Source: the human T2T-CHM13v2.0 reference genome, Homo sapiens. Taken from it: a stretch of 64,000 nt of DNA. Location: the NCBI RefSeq assembly GCF_009914755.1, contig NC_060928.1; one strand, 5' to 3'. Below, piece by piece: positions 57,579 through 64,000 of this stretch. A program made the translations under genes and the position numbers. The notes beneath the pieces were generated by a model. That model was not told the DNA's origin. It saw only the letters and a list, made by a program, of their open reading frames with translations, and did not search any database. Within the stretch, counting starts at the first letter, position 1, and every line of letters begins with the position of its first letter.

Positions 57579-57994
57579 TCCAACCTGCTCTGACGAATTC
57601 ACACCAAGATGTGAATGACTAACAAAACCTAAACTCTTCCTAAGATGTTTGAGATTTTACAAGAGACTCAGGAACCCAAGCAGGGCTCCCACGGGCAAAG
57701 ATGACATTGGACATGGGGCCCAAAGGATGAGAAAGAGTCAGTGGTGAGAAAGGCAGGAGGTGGGTATTCCAGGCAACAGCCATTGCAAACGCCCTGAAGC
57801 AAGAAAGAAAATGGCCTGCTCAAGGAACAGGAGGTAGATCAGAGCAGCTGGGGTGTGGTGGGGGAGTGTAGACTCAACCACAGGTAGAACAGGAGTTTGT
57901 GCACCTGGTTCTTCCGCAAACTGAATTTTAGCATCCACTGTTTGCCCACAGGCTCTTCCAGTTACAAGGCATATAAATAATAACAATGCCATGT

Positions 57995-58180
57995 GTTCAA
58001 TGCCTCCAACAACCCAAGCACTGTGCTGGGCACTTTTGATATTAGCAAAATCACTGATCATCCCAGCAACCCTGTATGAAAGGTCGTTATTATTTCTCCC
58101 TTTACAAAGGGAAAGTGAAGCTCAGGAAGGTGTAGTAACTTGTCCAAGGCTGCACAGCAGTCAGGAGTCAGAGGCAGGAC
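57995..58180 (-). mobile_element. MIR SINE
   Basis: AAGCACTGTGCTGGGCACTTT..TTTACAAAGGGAAAGTGAAGCTCAG..AACTTGTCCAAGGCTGCACAGC. Confidence 0.78.
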
Positions 58181-60468
58181 TTTAACATGATTCAAGTCTG
58201 ACATTCTGACATTCAAATCTGTGACCTTCCCTGTGCTCTGAGCATGAAATATAGTCAGGATGCAACAGTGTGAAAGTGTGTTTTTCATTAGGGAGGCCAG
58301 AATTCTACCTATTATAATGATTATTATTGTTTCTTGTTCCGATCCTGCTCTCTGCATCCGCAGCACCTGAGCCCTATGCCCTGCACACACTGGCACTCGG
58401 TCTGGACCAGGCACAAGGCCAGGCCTTGGTTTGTTCATCTCAAGGTGGGGATAAGGCGTAGGTGAGCCTTCGTATGAGGTCCCAGCACACAGCAGGTGCT
58501 CAGCATCCTTTGGCTGCACGTTAGCAATGCATAGCTCTGAACGGCTCCTTCAACACCGTTGCACCTGCTCCTCACAGAAACCTCCAGACCCTGTAGGCAG
58601 GATTCACTCCCATTTTACAGATGGGGAGACTGAGCCCTGGTGAGAAGACAGACCTCAAGGTCATATAGCTCCCTGATAGAATTCAGGCCGCACAAGGGCA
58701 GGGAGTCTTTGTCCAGTCCCCAGGGATAAAACAGTGCCCGGCATGCAGCAGGTGCTCGGTAAATATCTCGTGTCTGGATGAAGGATTGGATAGCACTGCT
58801 CTGACCTCCAGAACTGTGCCGTCCCCGTTCCTGTGCCCTGCTGAGGGCTGGTGAATTTATGAAAGAAAAGGGGACGGGCAGGGTGCAGAGGGAATTAATG
58901 TTTGAAAATGTCCACCATGGCGCTTTTTACGCCTGGTCCCACAACGAGCCCTGCGCCCCATCCCACCGTCATCCCCAACGTAGAGATGAGCAAACAGAGG
59001 CTTGCTCCAGGAAGCCAGACCACAGCGAGCCTGGGAGCAGCGGGGCAACCTGCCAAGATCCGCTCTCGGCCCGAGCCAGGCCACCGAGGCACGGGCCAGC
59101 AACCCGGCGGCTTCCTCCAACCCTCTGTCGCTGCAGGCTGCGAGCAGAAACCACATCCCGGACCCACGCTGATCCCGACTCAGCCTCGCCGAAGCAGGCG
59201 ACAAAGGACCGCTCTCAGCTCCCCGGGCCTCCCAAAGCCGCGGCCGGGTCAGAGCCCCACCGGCCCGGAGGCCCGGGCAGCCCTGCCCCTCTCTCGCACA
59301 CACCCGGCGGCGAAGCGTGCGTGACTCAGCGGTTCTCCCGCCGGGAGCGGGCGCGGCCCCCGCAGCCTCCCTCCGCCCAGGTCCCACGCCCAGCCTCTGC
59401 CTCCCGGGCCAGGGCGCCCCGAGCCCGCCCGCGCCCGCGCTCGCGCTGCGCTCCCCGGGCCTCCGCGGGGCTCCGGCTCCGCTCGGCCTCATTTCCGGCA
59501 GAGCCAGGCTTCGAGGAGGCGGACCCAGCCGCAGGAGCCCGGTCTCCGCCGCCTGGCCCACTCGGTCTCCCTGACACAGGCACCCACGCGCACCTGCCCC
59601 GCGGGACCCGTGCCCAGGGCCCCTCCCACTGGGGCACCCACCCGGGGAATCCGCGCACACTTCTGCGGCCGGGCCGCCAGCCCGTGGGTTAGCGGCTGAC
59701 AGTCCCCGCACTCGGGCAGGGCTCCAGCACAGGCGGCCCCGAGCCCAGACCTCCCGGTCCCCATCCTCCATCGGGGTCACTCCGCGGGCCCTGCCTGCGC
59801 ACGGAAGCTGTCCCCACTGTTCCCCTAGCGAGGCAGACCAGGGGGCCCCCGGAAGTTCCAGGCCTGTAAGAGAGGGGCGCTGACCCACCAGCCTCGGGGG
59901 TAGGGTGGGGGTGGGGGTTGGGCTTGTAGGGCCAACTTAGGGGATTTTAAACAGGGCCTGTTTGGGATGGCATGTCCCACTTTTTTGGAAAATCCCGACA
60001 GTTAGCCCAGCTGCTCCTGTCTCAATATAACTCACCAGGAATAAAAAGGCCAGCCCCAAACCAGCCGCCTTCTCCCTCCCACTCAGGGACCCTGCCTCTG
60101 GAGGACAGGGAGGGGCCCGGGCAGGCGGGCCTCCCAGGAGGATCTGGCAATGGATTATGTTTTTTTCCCCCCGGGTCCCTCTTCTTCTCCAGGGAGAGGG
60201 CAGCCTAGAAAATTCTGCGGGCTTTGGGCAGGGCTGAAATGGCAAATCCAGGATTTAAACCATTAAATTTCCCCGAGATTTCTTCACCAGATTAGCCACA
60301 GCCGTGGCCTTTTAAAAAATTATGGTCAGGGCCGAATCAGGATGCCACCTGGCTTGGGAGAGGAAAGCTGCCTCCCGGAGGGCGGCGCGGAGGAGGGCGC
60401 TGCCCTGTGCCGGCGCTGGGCAGCGGAGGCCGGTACCCTCGGGCTCCCTCCCTCCTGGGCCCCGGGCA

Positions 60469-60528
60469 GGGTGGGATGGGATGGGGTGGGGTGGGGTGGG
60501 ATGGGGTGGGGTGGGGTGGGGCGGGGGG
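60469..60528 (+). repeat. (GGGGT/GGGAT)n pentamer repeat, G-quadruplex-prone
   Basis: About 12 G-tracts with 1-2 nt loops. Confidence 0.93.
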
Positions 60529-60631
60529 ACACGACACACATCGCGCGGTCCAAACCTTCGGAGGGCATTCGGTGCGACGGCATCCCCACGCCGCGGCCGG
60601 CCGGAGGGGTCTCAGACAACACGTACGTTAC

Positions 60632-60701
60632 CTTCAGTCACATAGCTGTGGTCCCGCAGGAAGCTGTGGTTAATTTTCCGCGTGTCCGTGTCCTCGCCCA
60701 T
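60632..60701 (-). CDS. PPP2R2C: PP2A 55 kDa regulatory subunit B gamma, first coding exon ([23 protein letters not shown], plus 1 nt)
   Basis: Minus strand ATG GGC GAG GAC ACG...ACT GAA G|GTAACG, 70 nt, phase 1. The peptide matches the recalled B55-gamma N-terminus and differs from B55-beta ([23 protein letters not shown]). This frame is absent from the ORF track. Confidence 0.96.
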
Positions 60702-60786
60702 TGAAGGCCGTGCCCGGTGCTCTGGGCATGCCCCGCCGCCACACACCGATGCAATCCGCAGAGGTCGCGCCGGGCGCGCGGGCCAT
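60670..60786 (-). other. Overlapping out-of-frame uORF, 38 aa ([38 protein letters not shown])
   Basis: AUG in GGCGGCATGG context, 85 nt upstream of the main AUG. A second in-frame AUG lies at 60729. TAA at 60672-60670 falls inside the main CDS. Confidence 0.75.
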
Positions 60787-60797
60787 GCCGCCGCAGC

Positions 60798-60839
60798 CTA
60801 GCAGGGGCGCGGGCCGCCGGGGCCCCGAAGGGAGGGCAT
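60798..60839 (-). other. uORF, 13 aa (MPSLRGPGGPRPC)
   Basis: ATG at 60839 (G at -3) to TAG ending at 60798. Confidence 0.65.
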
Positions 60840-60884
60840 CGCGGCAGGGGGACGGGCGGGGGCGGCCGGGGGCGGGCGCCGCGG

Positions 60885-60950
60885 TCAAGCGAGCGCGCGG
60901 TGGGCGGGCGGCGGCCGCGGGTTCGGGCGGGCCGGGGCCCAGGCGCGCAT
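60885..60950 (-). other. uORF, 21 aa (MRAWAPARPNPRPPPAHRALA)
   Basis: ATG at 60950 (G at -3) to TGA ending at 60885. Requires the TSS to lie upstream of 60950. Confidence 0.55.
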
Positions 60951-63447
60951 CCCGGCCGGCCCGTGCGCGCTGCGTCCGTGCGCCCGGCGGCGGGGCCTGG
61001 TGCCGGTGCGCCTGGCTGCGGCGACGGCGGCGAGGGGACGCGCGCGGCGCTGCGCTGCGCCGACCAAGCCGGGGCCGAGCCGGGCTGCGCGGGCTGGGGC
61101 CGCCGCCGCCGCCGCTGTCGCAGGCCCCTCCCTCGCGCCGCCCGCTCTCCGCCCCCGCGGCCCTGCAGGTGGAGCCGGCGCCCAAGCCGAGGCTGCACCG
61201 CCGTGCTCGGGCCCTCGCGGTGGGCACCTTGGTGCTGGGTGCGCCACGGGGGAGGGAGGAAGGAGACCGCCAGCTTGCGGGGAGAGGGTGATCAGCTGAG
61301 CTTGGGGGGAGGGTACCTTGGGTGCCCAGGTGCTCCAGTTATGGGAGAGAAGGCCAAGAGCGGGGGTGCTGGGAAGGGGGCAGGAGGAGAGCAGCCTCGC
61401 AGGCAGAAGGCAGAAAGGACTAGGAAGGAAGGAGTGGGGTCGCAGTTGAAGAGGGCGCACCTGGAGAATGGGGACTCGGGGGAGGGGAAGGACACTGTCT
61501 CCCTTCATTAGTAGAAGAGGGTGGGTCGCGCAAGTTCTGGGGCCCGTTGGGAGCATTCAGTACATGTGAAGAAGCTGGTGGAGGGGGTCCAGCAGCCGAC
61601 AAGGCAAAACTGGATGAAATGGCTGGAGGGGTGATTGGGCCTCCCCCAGGCAGGGCTCTGAGATCTCTCCTCATGCCCACCTCTCCTGACGAGTGAGAAA
61701 GTTAAAGAAATACAGAGCTAGGTACCTCCAAAACCAGGCTGGAAAATGCGTCCCCCTCCTCCCTTCCCTCCCTCCCCTCCAAACCCAGGGCTCTGCCAAA
61801 CAGGAACCTCCCTCTGGTAATCAGCCTGGCACATAGTGGGCCCTCAAAAAATATTTGCCTCCTGTTTTGCCAAGCTGCCACCTCCTCCACCGTGACCCAC
61901 CGCCTAATGAATCACAGTCCCCTGCACGGGACACAAGCCCCAGTGGGGATTCAGAGGTGTGGGTGAGGAACCATCAGCCCTCCCTAGGAGCTCAACAGAG
62001 CCTTCCTGGAAAGCGAGGGACTCTGTGGCTTGCCTGGGAGGGGTAAGTGCAGTGGGGTGACCAGAGCTGCAGGGGCTCTTGGGTCTAAGGCATCAGTGGA
62101 GCCATGCTCCAGGTGGGGGCTGGTCTGTAATGGCCTCCACTTGTTTCAAATGGTTCTGGGGGAACTCCAGACAGCTCCCCAAACTGCAGTGGAGGTAGGA
62201 GAGTCCAAAGGCGTTGGGGGCAGGGAGACTGGGGCTGTGGGAAAGACGAGGGAAGGTGATGCCGTCTCAGATTTCTTGGAGATTGAGAGGGAGTTTTTGA
62301 AGCTACAGCTTTCGTGCCTTTGAAATCCCCAGAATGGACCTATGAGGAGATGAAAGCCCCCCAGCAGCCCCACCAGCACTCTGCAGGCTGTCATGCAAGG
62401 GCTGGCCTGGGGAGAGGCCCTGGGGCCCTGCCAGCACCTGCTTTGGCAAGTGCCCTGCCCTGTTCCAGCCTCTACCTTTTCACTGTGGAACAAGCCAAAA
62501 TCTCCCAGCTGTGCAGACTCCATTCAAGGACCAGGTAAATGCAAGGGCCAGAAGGATGTGCTTGTTCTTTGTCACTTTCTACCCCGTAGGAAAGTGACCG
62601 ACACCCACATTGGCCCCCACCCACCTGGCATGTTCTCCTCTCTCTCTCTCACCTGTCTGCTCACATGCCCCCCACCTCACATCCTAAGGCCAGCCCCCCA
62701 CTCTCTGTCCACACCCCCTCACCTTTCTAGCTGGAGCCAGCAAAATGGCTATGCTGGGAGAAAGACAGGCTGGGTTCAAGTCCTGACCACAAGGGGGCCC
62801 AGGCACAACCTCATCTGTAAAGTGGATGTGATGGCAGGAGTGGCCCCACTGGGTTGGGGTGGCCAGTCCTGCTCAGCAGGGGTCAGGCCTCCTGGGAGCT
62901 CTCTTGTTATCATGCTGAGGCCCACCCTCCCGCATGTTCCTCAGCCTCCCTCTCTGATCATGGAGAAGTCCCCTCTCCCTATCTGTCAATCCTGCCAAAA
63001 CACCCACCCTATGCTGGCATCAGCCTCATCTCCCGGGATGTCCTGGACTACAATGAAAACAGCCCCACTCTGGCCTGACACAGTACATCATCCCTTTCAT
63101 CAGCTTCTGAGCCATGCTGGGGACCCTGCAGTGGGTGGTCTTTCCAACCTGACTGGGCCCCAAGGCTTGCATCCATCCCCTCCTCACCCCTCACCACCCC
63201 ATCCTGCCCCACCCCCACCACAAGCAGTGTCTGGGCTCCTCCACACTGTCTCCTCCATTTCCTGGAAGCCCTCCCCCTCCAGCACAACCGAGGACTCTCC
63301 CTCAGCCCCCTGCCCACCCCCCACCTCCACTAAATCACACAATCTGCTGCTTCCTCATCTGTATCTGCACACAGCCCTGCCCCCGCTGACAGAGCCTGAG
63401 CTCCAGATCCTGCCACCCCCAGCCTCTCTGTACAGACTCCTCTCTGT

Positions 63448-63600
63448 ACTTTCATTCATTCAATGAGGAATGTTTATTGAGCATCTACTATGTGCAGGCA
63501 TGTTCCCAGCACTAGGGTAGTGTGGAAGACAGAATAGAGAAATGCTCTGCTCTCGTGGAGCTGGCCTCCCAGTGGGGTGAGATGGACAGCATAAAGTGAG
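63448..63600 (-). mobile_element. L2 3' end
   Basis: TTCATTCATTCAA..TTTATTGAGCATCTACTATGTG. Confidence 0.8.
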
Positions 63601-63644
63601 CATGTACTGTGTGGGCCATGACTGGTGCAGAGGAGAAGGCGGGA

Positions 63645-63717
63645 ATGGAGATGGAGATGAACGGGGATGGAGATGGGGATGGAGATGGAGATGAAGGCGG
63701 GGATGGAGATGGAGATA
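63645..63717. repeat. (GGAGAT/GGGGAT)n hexamer repeat
   Basis: About 10 interrupted units. Confidence 0.88.
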
Positions 63718-64000
63718 GAAAGGAACGGGGAGGAGGAGGTGCCATTTTATAAAGGTGAGTGTAGAGGAAAGCTCAATAAGGTGAAATTTGTCAGCATCTC
63801 TCCAGATGCTTCTCACAGCGTAAGCCTGCTTGGGTCTCTTCCACATTCAAAAGCTATCCTCACTCCGTGTCCCTTCAGCCACCAGCACATTGCATTTCTG
63901 CCATTCACAACCACAATGCCAAAAGGGTACAGCTACACTCGCCATCTCCTCACTCACTGCCGTGCCCTCCAACCTGGCTTCTTGCCATCCATCCCACCCC

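Larger units (their letters stand above)
58950..61300 (-). promoter_or_regulatory. PPP2R2C: CpG island / promoter of PPP2R2C, two lobes at about 59000-59900 and 60350-61300
   Basis: Very high GC content with unsuppressed CpG and multiple GGGCGG boxes, surrounding the first coding exon. The TSS is inferred to lie at a coordinate above 60701. Confidence 0.92.

Noticed and set aside
60748-60756. CGATGCAAT resembling a C/EBP-ATF response element
   Set aside because: Mismatch at the conserved first T of TGATG; a single short motif is not informative.
58857-61556. Many long Arg/Gly/Pro/Ala-rich ORFs (up to 343 aa) on both strands
   Set aside because: Stop-codon depletion in a CpG island. No recognisable domain, and the frames overlap one another.
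62393-63466. 357-aa Pro/Ser-rich plus-strand ORF divergent from the promoter
   Set aside because: Low-complexity C-rich DNA that includes a MIR-like fragment (about 62765-62830) and ends in an L2 tail, with no recognisable homology. PhyloCSF or Ribo-seq would be needed to revive it.

Overview
Primate (human-like) genomic DNA. The window is mostly the long first intron of PPP2R2C (PP2A B55-gamma regulatory subunit) on the minus strand. The canonical first coding exon ([23 protein letters not shown], 60632-60701) sits in a CpG-island promoter. A second, phase-compatible first coding exon (MGKRDT, 2396-2414) lies about 58 kb downstream. The rest is intron filled with Alu, MIR, L2/L3/L1 remnants, MaLR/ERVL solo LTRs and hAT/Tigger DNA transposons, several retaining target-site duplications (TSDs). 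Almost all ORF-track entries appear to be GC- or repeat-derived artefacts. The most interesting signals are: (1) an ATF4-like leader with two short uORFs plus a strong-Kozak, out-of-frame uORF overlapping a weak main AUG; (2) a possibly myristoylatable alternative N-terminus; (3) a perfect cryptic 5' splice site in UG-rich pre-mRNA (TDP-43-type cryptic exon candidate); (4) a short interstitial telomeric array; (5) local duplications and an inverted Alu pair. Gene and repeat subfamily names come from recalled consensus sequences, not from a search. No wholly new biological system can be claimed from the sequence alone.
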